Below are positions 1 to 14,340 of a stretch of DNA of 48,695 nt, piece by piece. Under the pieces are notes generated by a model. It did not search any database. It saw only the letters and a program-made list of their open reading frames with translations, and was not told the DNA's origin. The translations under genes and the position numbers were made by a program. Origin of the DNA: Eremomyces bilateralis CBS 781.70 (taxonomy: Eukaryota); assembly GCA_010015585.1 (NCBI GenBank), contig ML975168.1. One strand, written 5' to 3'. Position 1 is the first letter of the stretch. The number at the start of each line of letters is the position of its first letter.

Positions 1-675
1 CGCCTCGAGATCTGGGGTTTGGATTGCGAGGACATTCTGTAAAGACGGCCGGGACTTTTGTGGAAGCGTAGAGAAGCCGGGCTGGGATAGCATCTGCGTG
101 AGACGGGTGGTCGATAGCGGTGCTTCGGTCGAGATATATATGGCGGTCTTGCCGAGTCCGACGGGAGCAGGAAGTTGGACGTTGAGAAGGAGAGTAAGAA
201 GTAACTGGGTCTTCGCGGAGCCACTGAGAGGAATCAGCAAAGAGTATCTACAGTGGAACAAGCCATGCTTCAAGAATGGATTGCCAACATACCTCTCACC
301 GGTGACCTCTGTCACATAACCCGTAGGAAATCCTCCACCAAGGACCTCATCAAATCCGCCATCCGACATGCTGATGAATTCACTCGTCTGATTCGTCCCG
401 TCTCGACGCGTCTCTTTGTCACGTTCTACAACCTCTACACTCTCTGCCCCTTTTCCATCATCCAGGCTCGCTAGCACGTCCGCTTGCAGGGCATCTTCAA
501 TCGCCGTCACCATCAACCGCAGCTGCGAAAGTGGGACCTTTGCGCGATCCGCGAGCTTGCTGGGCTCTTCGGTGACCAGGTCCACGCAAGCGATGCCGTT
601 TTTCTCGAGGGAGTAGATGAGGTTAGAGAAGGGGGAGAGGTCGAAGTTCGGGAGAGTGTGGTAGATGTCGGTCAT
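1..675 (-). CDS. RAD57: DNA repair protein Rad57 (Rad51 paralog), 5' part; runs off the window
   Basis: Manual translation: ATG at 675, MTDIYHTLPNFDLSPFSNLIYSLEKNG...DEVLGGGFPTGYVTEVTGE|SGSAKTQLLLTLLLNVQLPAPVGLGKTAIYISTEAPLSTTRLTQML. GT-AG intron 292..224. Typical fungal Rad57 N-terminus and RecA core; absent from the ORF track because no stop falls inside the window. Confidence 0.88.
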   Translation of the reverse strand, partial: MTDIYHTLPNFDLSPFSNLIYSLEKNGIACVDLVTEEPSKLADRAKVPLSQLRLMVTAIEDALQADVLASLDDGKGAESVEVVERDKETRRDGTNQTSEFISMSDGGFDEVLGGGFPTGYVTEVTGERYVGNPFLKHGLFHCRYSLLIPLSGSAKTQLLLTLLLNVQLPAPVGLGKTAIYISTEAPLSTTRLTQMLSQPGFSTLPQKSRPSLQNVLAIQTPDLEA

Positions 676-1052
676 GGTGTGATGGAGGAGGGGAGAGATG
701 CGCTGCTCTGCTCATCCAACAGAAGTTGCGGGGAAGATGCGGGAGGGTTGCGTGGAAGTGGCATCCTGATATCAAGAACTTGGATGGTCGGCTGAACGAT
801 ATAAGTCCATGGATGGAATGGATGAAGTGAAGATATTTGGAGAGGACTCTATTGCAGATTATATAACAGTGATGCCTCTCCCGTTATGGTCTCGCGAAGT
901 CCGATGCTCGGCTGGTTTATTTACTACATGGGCGATGGTATTGTATCAACTTTCTTCAAGTCCACAACAGTCACAGCAACAGCACCATGTTTCAAGTACC
1001 GTTGCCTCGCTTGACCTGCTCAATTGCCTACAAAGATAATTGGAATAGGTTT

Positions 1053-1080
1053 GTAAGCAGTAAGCAGTAAGCAGTAAGCA
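1053..1080. repeat. (GTAAGCA)x4 tandem repeat
   Basis: Four perfect 7-bp copies in the RAD57/esterase divergent intergenic region. Confidence 0.95.
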
Positions 1081-1327
1081 TCATTGCAGCAAAGTGGAGA
1101 GGATCGCAAGCTGCTTCCCGCCCCCAAAAGGCCTCATCTAATTAGGACAGGGGAGAGATACGTACGTATGTACAATCCTCAACAAAGAGTCATTTGTCCT
1201 ATTCATTTTTTCTAGAAGCATAAATATGAAGTGTTACTACAATTCTTAGCAAGTCCTGTTTGCCCTCAATATCAATTGACGGCTCTATACCATACGGAGT
1301 ACGGTACCACGCATCGCAACCGCGACC

Positions 1328-2257
1328 ATGTCTGAACCCCCGAAAGCCCACACCTGGCCCACCTACCTCTTCTACAAACTCCTCTTCTCCCTCCCCTTCT
1401 CCTTTTTCTCTTACTTCCGCGGCCTAACCCGCCCCTCTCACCCGCACACCCTCCTCCATATCCCCTCCCGCGACCCAAATCGCACCATCCTCGCCCATGT
1501 CTACGCCCCCCCCTCCCCCTCCTCCCCCTCCCCCATCCTCCTCAACTTCCACGGCTCCGGCTTCATGATCCCCATGCACGGCACCGACTCCCTCTTCTGC
1601 CACCGCGTCGCCCACGAAGCCGGCTACACCGTCATCGACTGCTCTTACCGCCTCGCCCCCGACCACCCCTTCCCCTGCCCCGTCGAAGACGCCGAGGACG
1701 CCCTCGCGTACGTCCTCGCCCACCCGGATCGCTACGACCTCTCCCACCTCGCGCTCTCCGGGTTCTCCGCAGGCGCGAACCTCGCGCTGGTGCTTGCGCA
1801 TCAATCGTCGGCGCGGTACCCGAAAGCAGCGTTGGGGAACGTCAGGCTGATCGCGTTCTACCCGCCGACGGACCTTAGCATCGCGGCGGAGTCGAAGAAG
1901 ACGCCAGACGGGAAGGCGGGGACGTTGCCGGCGGGGATCATGAAGGCGTTCAACGCGGCCTATGTGCTGCCGGGGCAGGACATTGGGGATCCACGGATAT
2001 CACCGGGGCGGGCGGCGGTGGGAGATTTTCCGGCGGGGATGGAGAGCTTGTGGGTGACGGGGACGAAGGATAGTTTGTTGGCGGAGGCGGAGGAGATGGC
2101 GGGGCGATTGGAGGGGAGTGGAAGGAGGGCGACGGTGAAGAGGGTGGTGGGGGGGGATCATGGGTTTGATAAGAAGACGGAGGGGAAGATTACGGCGGAG
2201 GAGAGGGAGGGGAAGGAGGAGTCGTATCGGATGGCGGTGGAGTTTTTGAAGTTGTGA
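1328..2257 (+). CDS. Alpha/beta hydrolase, HSL-like esterase/lipase (Abhydrolase_3)
   Basis: 309-aa single-exon ORF with NFHGSGF oxyanion loop, YRLAPDHPFP, nucleophile GFSAG, and putative catalytic Asp (GTKDSL) and His (GDHGFD). Confidence 0.9.
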   Translation: MSEPPKAHTWPTYLFYKLLFSLPFSFFSYFRGLTRPSHPHTLLHIPSRDPNRTILAHVYAPPSPSSPSPILLNFHGSGFMIPMHGTDSLFCHRVAHEAGYTVIDCSYRLAPDHPFPCPVEDAEDALAYVLAHPDRYDLSHLALSGFSAGANLALVLAHQSSARYPKAALGNVRLIAFYPPTDLSIAAESKKTPDGKAGTLPAGIMKAFNAAYVLPGQDIGDPRISPGRAAVGDFPAGMESLWVTGTKDSLLAEAEEMAGRLEGSGRRATVKRVVGGDHGFDKKTEGKITAEEREGKEESYRMAVEFLKL

Positions 2258-2375
2258 GGGGAGGTAAGGTGACTTCTACGATATGGATCTATGTGCTTTA
2301 TCCCGCTTAAAATGCTTCGAATGTAAACAGTCGCTAAGTGCCAATTCCCCCATGGAACCGTACCAGACACAATCC

Positions 2376-4081
2376 CTACCCCTCCGCCAGGAAATCCCGC
2401 AACTCAAACCCAACAGTCCGCCCCAACGCCGACACGTAATCCCAGCTATAGTTCGTCCGCCATTTACACCCCGAGTCCAGCACGTCCGCCCCCGCCGACC
2501 CCGACCGCAACAGCAGCCGCAACGTCGTCAACGTCGCTACCTGCGTCAGGAGATCCGCCGTCGGCGGCAGCGGGTCGGGGACGATGGCGTGCAGGATGGC
2601 GAGCATGCGGTCGACGGGGAAGGGGGACGGGCCGAGGAGAGTGCGGGGGATCTAGATGTAAGGTCAGTGATGCTCGGGGGGAGTGAGCGAAAGAATTGGC
2701 GACATACCTTTCGATGCTTCTGGACCTTTCCCGTATAAGATTTTCGTCTTCGTTTCTTATCCGTCGACTTGGCGAAGAACATGAGGTCGGTTCGCGGCGG
2801 ATTATACGACGCCAGATATGCCGCGCAGAGGATATACTTGGAGTAATACGGTAGGTTTTCCGAGCCTGTTCGCATTGAGCGTCAGTCATCGCACCCCGCC
2901 AACGCACTAGCTATAAGGAATGAAGCAACATACCCTCCTTCTTCTCCTCCCCCAAATTCCTCCCTAACACCCTCCCAACACCTACACCCAATCCCTCCTC
3001 TCCCTGCACCAAACCCCTCCCCCCCACCACTAACCTCGCAAAATCCCTCGTCCCAAACTCCCCCTCCCTCACCCCCTCCGTAAACCTCCCCCACAACCGC
3101 CCACACACCTTCCTCAAACTCACCACATCCCTCGCCGCCCCCTTCCCAAGCGTGTCCCACATCAGCGCGGTGAACCGGCCCCACAGCCAGGCGCTGTCGT
3201 CGGCGGCTTGCTGGGCGGTGTAGCCGGTGGTGTCGGTGATGGAGGGGAGAGATGCGGGAGGGAAGATGGGGAGGGGGGAGAGGGAGAGGAGGTGGAGGGA
3301 TTGGGGGCGGGTGTAGGCGGGGAAAGGGAGGTGGGGGATATGGGTGTGGAAGAGGGAGGGGTTGGGGATGCGGAGGGTGAAGATGAGTGAGAGATTTGGG
3401 ATCTAGAGAAGGATGGTTAGCAGTGGATGGAGTGGACGGGGTGGGGTGGGAGTCACTCGTTCTCCGATTCGAGCCAATGCCGGAATCAACATCGTCGACG
3501 CCTCGCGCAGTCGATCGATCCCCTCAAACACCAACACCAGCCTCTTCCCCTTCCCTTCTTCCACCCCTTCCTCCCCTTCGTTCAAACCCCTCTTCCCCCC
3601 TTCTAACCCCCCAATCACCTCCCTCAACACCCCCTCCAATCCCGCAACATTCTCACACCTCCACTCCTTCCCCTGTTCCCCAACTACCCCCACTGCCCCT
3701 CTCGCAGCCCTTACCGTCTCCTCCAATACCTGCCGCCCCGTCACGCATTCCGCGCACCTGATCACCGCATACGGCCGCTCGGATTCCTTGAGGACGGCGG
3801 TAAGGACGAGGGATTTGCCGGTCGAGGGGAGGCCGTGGAGGCAGAGGAGGCGGGGGGAGGGGAGGGGGGACTGGTTTGGGTTAGTTAGGATATCAGGCTG
3901 TGAGTTAGGTGGGTTGGTAGGAGGGGATGGAGGGGGGAGGTGAGGGAGGTTATTAGAGTTAGGGTGGTGATATGGTGTAAATAGAGGTACGTACCGCATA
4001 TAGGGTGGTTAGGGCACGGATTTGTTGGTCGCGGCATGTGATTTGGGAGGTGAGGAGGTCGATGATCTCGTTTGGGAGCAT
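2376..4081 (-). CDS. ORC5: Origin recognition complex subunit 5 (multi-exon)
   Basis: Exon 1 (4081..3995) [29 protein letters not shown]; exon 2 with Walker [10 protein letters not shown] and [12 protein letters not shown]; later [29 protein letters not shown] and C-terminal [35 protein letters not shown] introns join the pieces. Confidence 0.92.
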
Positions 4082-4668
4082 GGTAGGTATGATGGGCGCG
4101 AATTGAGTGGTATTGTCGATTCTATTGCTCTGCGCGTTGAGATGGGAGGTGAGGTGGATGGGGACGCGGTGGCACGTGACTGACGTTTCGCTCCCAGCGT
4201 CACATTGATATCAGGAGTTTTAAGCCAGTTGGGTTTGGTTTACGGTTTACGAAGTGGAGGAATTACTTTGGTGGTCATTATGAGGGATTATTATACATAT
4301 GATCACATCCACTCCAAATCCGAGAAGCACAAATCAAAGACCTATGAGAGATTTCGCGAACTAAGTGTTACAAGAGCGCACCGCTGACTAGTCATCTATC
4401 AACCACCAAACACATCGACTCTCCTCGCCCCATACACACACATACATCCACCGTCCGTCTACTTTTAGTTTGCGCAGAAAGGGTCCCATCGATCCCATGC
4501 CAGCCGGCCTGATATTTCTGTACAAAAAATGGGGATGGGTGGGGTCAAGTGGACGACAGAAAGCAGGGGAAAACAGGATGTGACGTTCGCCTCGTGGGGG
4601 ATTGGCGTGGAGGAGAGGAGTCACGGTCCAGTTCTAGAACTGCTGCCCTCGTGGAGGAGTGGGGTTGT

Positions 4669-6755
<2,087 letters not shown>

Positions 6756-7023
6756 GGTGAGTGATTGGGAGATGAGGAACGTTGATGGGATGGAGGGAAG
6801 GGGATGGGGAGATGGAGAGATGGATAGGAAAGGATTTGAAGGTGAAGCTGGGAGCTTTGTTGGAGCAGATTTGCTGATGGGCCACGGGAGAGTTTCGGCT
6901 GGGAGGAGGAATATGGTGGCTGTGGTCCGCTGGAGCTCAGGTCACGTGGTGCATGCCTCCCGGCTCTCTACGAAAGGATTGTCCAGGGATCCGAGGCCGA
7001 GCATATCGTTATGTCGCACATGG

Positions 7024-7062
7024 TCTACATTGGCTTCTACATTGGCTTCTACATTGGCTTCT
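7024..7062 (-). promoter_or_regulatory. Triplicated 12-bp unit, each copy containing a CCAAT box, upstream of ATP2
   Basis: (TCTACATTGGCT)x3 reads AGCCAATGTAGA on the ATP2 strand, ~270-300 bp upstream of the ATG. The repeat is seen directly; the function is inferred. Confidence 0.5.
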
Positions 7063-7332
7063 CAGGTTTCTTAGAGTAATGAAATTGGCCAGAGTTAATT
7101 CAACAACCTTAAAGACCATGCAGTTCGCTGCCTAGACGGTTGGATGTGGTTCTTCTTCGCCATCACCTCGTAAAAGACTACACCGGAAAGGCCGAGGGAC
7201 CTGAACACGACAGAGAGGACTTCCAACAAAGTACAATATCACGGAGAAACATAAGATATCATATTCCATAAAGGTTTTCGTAAAGGCTCCATAAAGGTTC
7301 CAGCTATACTCCGATAATTCATCCCCCATCAC

Positions 7333-9441
7333 CTAACCCATCCCGCCCGCAACCTCCCCATACCGCCCATTCCGATATTCCTCAAACGTACTCACACGCG
7401 CTCCCACCCTCCCCTCCCTCCTCACCCTCTCCGCCTCCCTTTCCCCCTCCCACTCTCCCTCCCACTCCCTCTCCTCCCTCCCCACCACCTCCTCCACCTT
7501 CCCCCCCATCCCCCGCGCCAAACACACCGCCGGCCCCTCCAACCTTGCCGTCTCCCCCACCACCACCACATGCCTCGTCGTCCCCCCCGGCGCCTCGAAC
7601 ATCGCCTCTCCCAACACCCCCTCCATCACGCTCCGCAGCCCGCGTGCCCCCGTCCCCAACCGCAGCGCTGTGCGCGCGATCTCAATCAGCGCCGGGCGGG
7701 TGAACCGCAGTTTAATCCCGGAAAGAGCAAATAGCGCGGCGTATTGTGCGACGAGGCAGTTTTTCGGCTCGGTGAGGACGCGGAGGAGGGCGGGGAGGGA
7801 GAGCGGCGATAGGGCGGCGTGGATGGGGATGCGGCCGGTGAGTTCGGGGATGAGGCCGTATTTTTGGAGGTCGGGGGGCGTGAGGAGGTCGAGNNNNNNN
7901 NNNNNNNNNNNNNNNNNNNNNNNNNNNNNNNNNNNNNNNNNNNNNNNNNNNNNNNNNNNNNNNNNNNNNNNNNNNNNNNNNNNNNNNNNNNNNNNNNNNN
8001 NNNNNNNNNNNNNNNNNNNNNNNNNNNNNNNNNNNNNNNNNNNNNNNNCGGCGGAGTGGTCGGGGGAGTAAAAGGGGAGGTGACGGCGGAAGAGGGCGAG
8101 GTCTTCGGGGTCGTTGGAGAGGAGGGTCTCGTGCGCGCCGTCTTTTGCTTCTTTGGCACGCACGTCAGCGCCGAAGCCGATGGAGCCGCTGCTGATCCGG
8201 CTGAGAATCATCTTGTGCAGCCCGATGAACGCCCCCGTGAAGATGAAGAGGATGTTGTCCGTCCGCACGTTGAACACCTCCCCTTTCCCCCCGCCGCCGC
8301 CGCCGCCCATGTTCGAGCTCGTGTTCACACTTCCGGACACCGGATTCGATGGAAACCCCGGCCCTGGCCCCCCCCCGCTCTGCCCACCCCGTGAACCACT
8401 CCCCCCCTTCTCCGGCTTCGCATGTATCTGCAATGTTGTCCCCTCTACAATCTTCAACAATGCCTGCTGCACTCCTTCCCCACCAACATCCCTTCCCCCC
8501 GTGACCCGCCGCGTCGCGATCTTATCGATCTCATCTAGCACGATGATGCCCCGCTCGGCGCGCGTGACATCGTAGTCGGCGGCGGCGAGCAGGCGGGCGA
8601 CGCAGACGTCGGCGTCCTCGCCGATGTAGCCGGCTTGGGTGAAGGGGGTGCAGTCGGAGATGGAGAAGGGGACATCGAGGGCACGGGCGAGGGTTTTGGC
8701 GAGGAGGGTTTTGCCGACGCCGGTGGGGCCAAGGAGGAGGACGTTGGATTTCTCGAGGGTGGGAGGCTCGGGGAGGGTGGGTTGGGGGTGGAGAGGATGG
8801 GTTTGGGAAGCTTCGGAGAGGATGACGTGAGGGTTTAAGGGACGTCGGGAATGGGCGTGGCGAGGTGGCTGGTCATGGCGGATATCGTCGTCGATGGCAG
8901 GGTAGAATTGCGTGGTTTGCTGGTCAGGGAATTCATCTAGATATCAAACATCAGTCACTGCACCGCAATCCAATCGAGCATCCATACGATCCGTACCTTC
9001 AACCGGATGCCGCCCCAATTCCCTCCTTGCCTGCTGCGCCGCCATCTCCTCCACCTCCGCATCCCTCCTCTCCAGCTCCCTCACCCGCTGATAATGATTA
9101 TACACCGCGACACTCAACACCTTCTTCGCGCGCTCCTGCCCCACCACAAACTGATCCAAATGCTCCTTCAGCACTCGTGGCGTGATCCTCGGCGCCCCGA
9201 CCGTCGACACCCCGTCCAGCGGCCCCCCCGTCGGTCCTCCCGGCTCGTAGACCCCGGTGAACGGCTGGTTATTGAAGTCGGAGCGCGAGAAGTGGCCAGA
9301 GGGGACGCGGGGGGTGGTGGAGAGGTGGCGTGCTGCAGGGCGACGGGTACGGGCATGGAGGGGAGGGGAGGGGAGAGGAGCTGTGGATCGGAGGGAGGCG
9401 AGGGCGATGTAGGTGAGGCGGGCTTGGGGGGAGATGGGCAT
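7333..9441 (-). CDS. CLPX: Mitochondrial ATP-dependent Clp protease ATP-binding subunit ClpX (MCX1 homolog)
   Basis: [31 protein letters not shown]; intron 8996..8937; [50 protein letters not shown] loop, GARGLR sensor. Start uncertain: ATGs at 9441 (CCACC context), ~9477 and 9534. Crosses an assembly gap. Confidence 0.93.
7894..8048. other. Assembly gap (155 N) inside ClpX
   Basis: Run of N characters. Confidence 1.
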
Positions 9442-10188
9442 GGTGGAGATGATGGGTGGAACACGGCGAGCGGTCATGCGGAGGGACGATGAGAGTTTAT
9501 CCTGATATGGAGATGGGAGGTCAAGTTGAAGCATGCATCCGAACCGGTCGGTATGTCGAGCTCCGAGAAGGGAGAGCGGGGTGAAACTGGGCGGTGAGTA
9601 CGGAGTGACAAGTGATAAAGAACGTCCGGATGTAGATGGGGGTGTAACTTCAAGGCTGGAGTTTCATCTTAAGTCGGGTTGAATTCTACCATCTCAGACT
9701 CAAGAAGCCGTATCAAAGAATGGTCCATATCAAAGGTAGGGGAAGAGATAAAGAGCAGGAGAGTTGCAGTAGAAACGTGTTGACTGCTCCCCTCGAAGCT
9801 CATCTGACCAACGAGCAGAGCTCCCAGTTCTGTCTCATTGCTTCTCACTCAGTCTTATGGAACACCACTTATTACTGGGATTCGACGGGAACTATACCGT
9901 ATCAAGAGCAGTGGGGGAATGGAAATTATGACGTTGAATTGACAGAGGAGACAATTGTTGTGAAGGCCATCCTCAACATCTTGTACAACATTTCAACAAA
10001 GTTCCTGTCGCCTCCATCTTGCGATCAATTTATACCTGTCCTTGCCCTGATACTTCCGATAAAACGGAAGATTGCTCTGGTTCGTATCTGAGAGTTGTAA
10101 ATCTTCCTTTTTCTCGTGTGCTTTTTCCATTCATAAAGTTGAAGTTTCACGTACTTGTCTCTCCAGCCCCGCGCCTTGTCATACGGAC

Positions 10189-12566
10189 ATGACAGAACAG
10201 ACAATGAGCGGCCCAAACGGCCAATTGCCTGGCGATGGCACTGGTGCGTCTATCCTCGGAAAAAATAACTTGATATGTGGATGAAATACTAAAAAAAGGT
10301 TCAGGCGTCCTCGCAATCGACCCTTGGCTTGCCCCATTCAAAGACGCGCTTCGACATCGGTTCAGCAAAGCGCAGGAATGGATCAAGAAACTCGACGAGA
10401 CCGAAGGAGGATTGGACCAATTTAGCAAGGTACGTATTATTCCTTCGTCGTGATGCGCCGGAATTGACGAGTAATAGGGGTTCGAGCGCTATGGTCTCAA
10501 TGTTCAGAGCAACAACGACATCATATATCGAGAATGGGCTCCAAACGCCACAGAGGCATACCTTATCGGCGACTTCAGTATGTACACCGGGTCTGAGCAT
10601 ATTCCAGAAATTAATCGACGATAGACAACTGGGACCGGAATTCCCACCCCATGAAGAAGAACGACTTTGGTGTCTGGGAGATCACCCTCCCCGCCCAAAA
10701 CGGCGAGCCAGCAATTCCCCACGACTCCAAACTCAGAGTACGATCCTCCCGCCTTCCTTAAGGTATCCAAAGCTAACCCCCCAGTTATCTCTTGTTGCCC
10801 CCGACCACCCCGAACGTCTCGAACGCATCCCCGCCTGGATCACCCGCGTCACCCAAGACCTCACCATCTCCCCCGTCTACGAAGCCCGCTTCTGGAACCC
10901 TCCGCAGTCCTCCCGCTATGTCTTCAAGAATCCGCGACCCTCGAAACCTATCTCCGCCCGCATCTACGAAGCGCATGTCGGCATCTCTTCTCCCGATCCC
11001 AAGGTCGCCACCTACAAGGAGTTCACGCAGAACGTGCTCCCGCGGATCAACCATCTTGGGTACAACGTCATCCAGCTGATGGCGATCATGGAGCATGCAT
11101 ACTACGCGAGCTTCGGGTATCAGATCAATTCGTTCTTCGCGGCAAGCTCGCGGTACGGGCCGCCGGATGATCTGAAGGAGTTGATTGACACGGCGCATGG
11201 GATGGGAATCACGGTGCTGTTGGACGTAGTGCATTCGCATGCGTCGAAGAATGTGTTGGACGGGTTGAATGGGTTCGATGGGACGGATCATTTGTATTTT
11301 CACTCCGGGGCGAAGGGTAATCACGAGCTGTGGGACTCAAGGTTGTTTAACTACGGGCATCATGAGGTGCTGCGGTTCCTGTTGAGCAACTTGCGGTTTT
11401 GGATGGAGGAATACCAGTTTGATGGATTCCGGTTTGATGGCGTGACTAGCATCCTCTACAAGCACCATGGCATTGGCTAGTGAGTCATCCCACTGCTTCA
11501 TTGGAACCCTCACTGACACTTTCCAGCGGCTTCTCCGGTGGATATCACGAGTATTTCGGCGACACCGTCGACGAAGAAGGCGTCGTCTACCTGATGCTCG
11601 CCAACGAGCTGTTGCACAAACTCTACCCCGACTCCATCACTATCGCGGAAGATGTCTCGGGCATGCCGGCGCTCTGCATGTCGCTCGCACTGGGGGGAAT
11701 CGGCTTCGACTACCGTCTGGCCATGGCCATCCCCGACATGTACATCAAGCTCCTTAAGGAAAAGCAAGACATCGATTGGGACATGGGCAACTTGGTCTTC
11801 ACGCTCACCAACCGGCGAGACAAGGAGAAGACCATTGCATACGCTGAAAGCCATGATCAAGCGTACGTCTCCCTCTCTTCAATCCGTCTCCCAAACTAAC
11901 CTCTCCAGCCTCGTCGGCGACAAAACCCTCCTCATGTGGCTCTGCGACGCCGAAATGTACACGCACATGTCCGTCCTCTCCCCACTCACCCCGACCATCG
12001 ACCGTGGCCTCTCCCTCCACAAGCTCATCCGCCTCCTCACCCACGGCCTCGGCGGCGAAGGCTACCTCAACTTCGAAGGCAACGAATTCGGCCACCCCGA
12101 ATGGCTCGATTTCCCGCGCGACGGCAATGGCAACTCCTTCCACTACGCCCGCCGCCAGTTCAACCTCATCGACGACCCGTTGCTGCGCTACCGCTTCCTG
12201 AACGACTTCGACGCGAAGATGCAGCATACCGAGGAGAAATATCACTGGTTGGCGGCGGACCCCGCGTTTGTCAGCTTGAAGCACGAGGGCGATAAGGTCA
12301 TCGTCTTCGAGCGCGCGGGCCTCCTGTGGATCTTCAACTTCCACCCCTCCTCCAGCTTCGCGGACTATCGCGTTGGGGTTGAGACGCCTGGCACGTATCG
12401 AGTTATCCTCAACAGCGACGCGAAGGAGTTCGGAGGGCATGGGAGGGTGGAGGAGGGGACACGGTTCTTCACGACGGCATTTACGTGGAATGGGAGGAAG
12501 AACTTTTTGCAGGCATATATTCCCAGTCGGTCGGCGGTGGTGTTGGCGCTGGAGAATACGTTGTGA
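10189..12566 (+). CDS. GLC3: 1,4-alpha-glucan (glycogen) branching enzyme, GH13_8 (multi-exon)
   Basis: [34 protein letters not shown]...; [66 protein letters not shown]. Confidence 0.97.
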
Positions 12567-13579
12567 GAAGGGGTCTTTTCTATGGGGTGGGCTAGGGACG
12601 AGATGGGTTAGGGACTGGAAGTAAGATATTGTAATAGATTCATAGCATGAATCGAATGAGGGATTTTCCATGTCTTTTTATCGAATTCATAATAGTATTG
12701 AACGGCTCGATATGCATCAAATGTACGGAGTAGGAACGTATAGATCGCCAGCCCATCATTGTTCCAACATCAGTCATTGCATTGGTGCCAGTTTTATTCA
12801 GTGTAATTCTATGCTCATTTCACAGAAATTTTTGACATAATGAATAAAGAATCTTTAACTGTGATCTTAGTCAATTAGATGTCAGGATATTAGTTATCAC
12901 CTTTAGAACCAACCTGAATACATGATAGTAGAAGAAATGAACAGTAACTACCACTAAAGTATCTCTCAACAATCGCCTTCCCCCAATGTCACTTCTCAAG
13001 ATAGAATCTCTGCTCTCTACTCAAATAGATAATTGCAACTCGCTATCTAAATAAGCTGGAAATACATATCAAATAACTATAAATAATTTCCTACAGCCCT
13101 AAGATAGGGTAGCGGGACAGGGGTCGGCTACCAGCGACCAGGGGAGCGATCCAAAAAACACCACCCATCTCGTCCCGAGATCAGCGGAAACCATCTTTGA
13201 TATACCTCACTCCTCGCGTCATGAAATGCTCGTAGATAATGACTTAAGCTTATGAAATTAGACCTGATTGCCTTGTCCGTGAAAGCTGAGACGGAACTAA
13301 CACGATCGAACCGCATTGTGCAGTCGCAACTCGGTTCAGCCCAACGTGTTACTCACTTCGCCCCTCCCCTCTTTCCCCTCATCCATATGATCTCACGACG
13401 ACAAACACTTCTCACACGCATCGCGATGATTTTGATTGATCCCATTGAATTGCGCTACCTATCCTATCCCCTCCCTCTACGAACACGCATGTCTCTGATC
13501 TCATAATTCTCATGCTTGACAACGCCTGCTGTGCATGTTCTTCACTCGGAGTTTCGCCAGTGAGACGCAGCAGTACGTG

Positions 13580-14120
13580 GTGCTGTGAAAGCGCCGTGGC
13601 ACGATATCAGACCCGGGGACTCGTCAACCTCTTGTGAGCAGGCTCTCATCGAAGCTGGCCTTCAAACAGAAAAGAGAACCGGAAACCTGAAAGAAATTAT
13701 TGCTGGACGCATTCTATTGGGATACCTTCGCCTCGCGACAGTCAGATATCGAAGTGGGTGTTATGATAGCTCCTCCAAGACATCAGACCCGAGTCTCCGA
13801 ACTCGTGAGAGCAGGCTCTTGCTGAAGCAGGCCTTCATAACAGAAAAGAAACCCAGACCCAAAAAAGAAAATATTGGTGGAAACAGCCATTGTGAGGCTC
13901 TCACTCCGAAACGTCTGCGGCAGTCCGATCAAAGTGGGCTGTGATGGCCCCATTCCACGATATCAGACCCGCATCTCCAATCGCATGAGAGACCCTCAGA
14001 AAAGAAACCCTGAAACACAAATATTAGTCGGAGCATGCCATATGCGATGCTCGCACCCCCAAAATCCTTGTGTCAGATACTGAACTGGGTGTGTGATACC
14101 CCGTTCTCGATATCACACCT
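13580..14120. repeat. Degenerate tandem array, ~150-180 bp unit, 3-4 copies
   Basis: GA(T/C)ATCAGACCC-like anchors at 13603, 13779, 13959 and 14109; shared CAGAAAAGA(G)AACC...TATT and TGGG...TGAT blocks recur in the same order. Confidence 0.75.
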
Positions 14121-14340
14121 CATCTGTGCATGCCATCATCAAAGCATGCAATTCATATCGATTCACTCGAAAAACTCATTGGTTAATCGGATACAATGTC
14201 CATGAGTGAAGGCACCGTTCATGGATATCAGGCACATCCATCGGCATTCATTCGCTCGCTCGTTCTCTTATCCAATCATTCGTCGTTGCGTTGTTGCTCC
14301 ATACTCTTGCATGGGTTGAGTGTATATACCCGATTCGTCA

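Noticed and set aside
7894..8048. Apparent insertion of X residues in ClpX
   Set aside because: Assembly gap; length and content unknown.
11477..11480. Apparent premature TAG in GLC3 after HHGIG
   Set aside because: The G belongs to the intron donor GTGAGT; the spliced codon is TA|C (Tyr).
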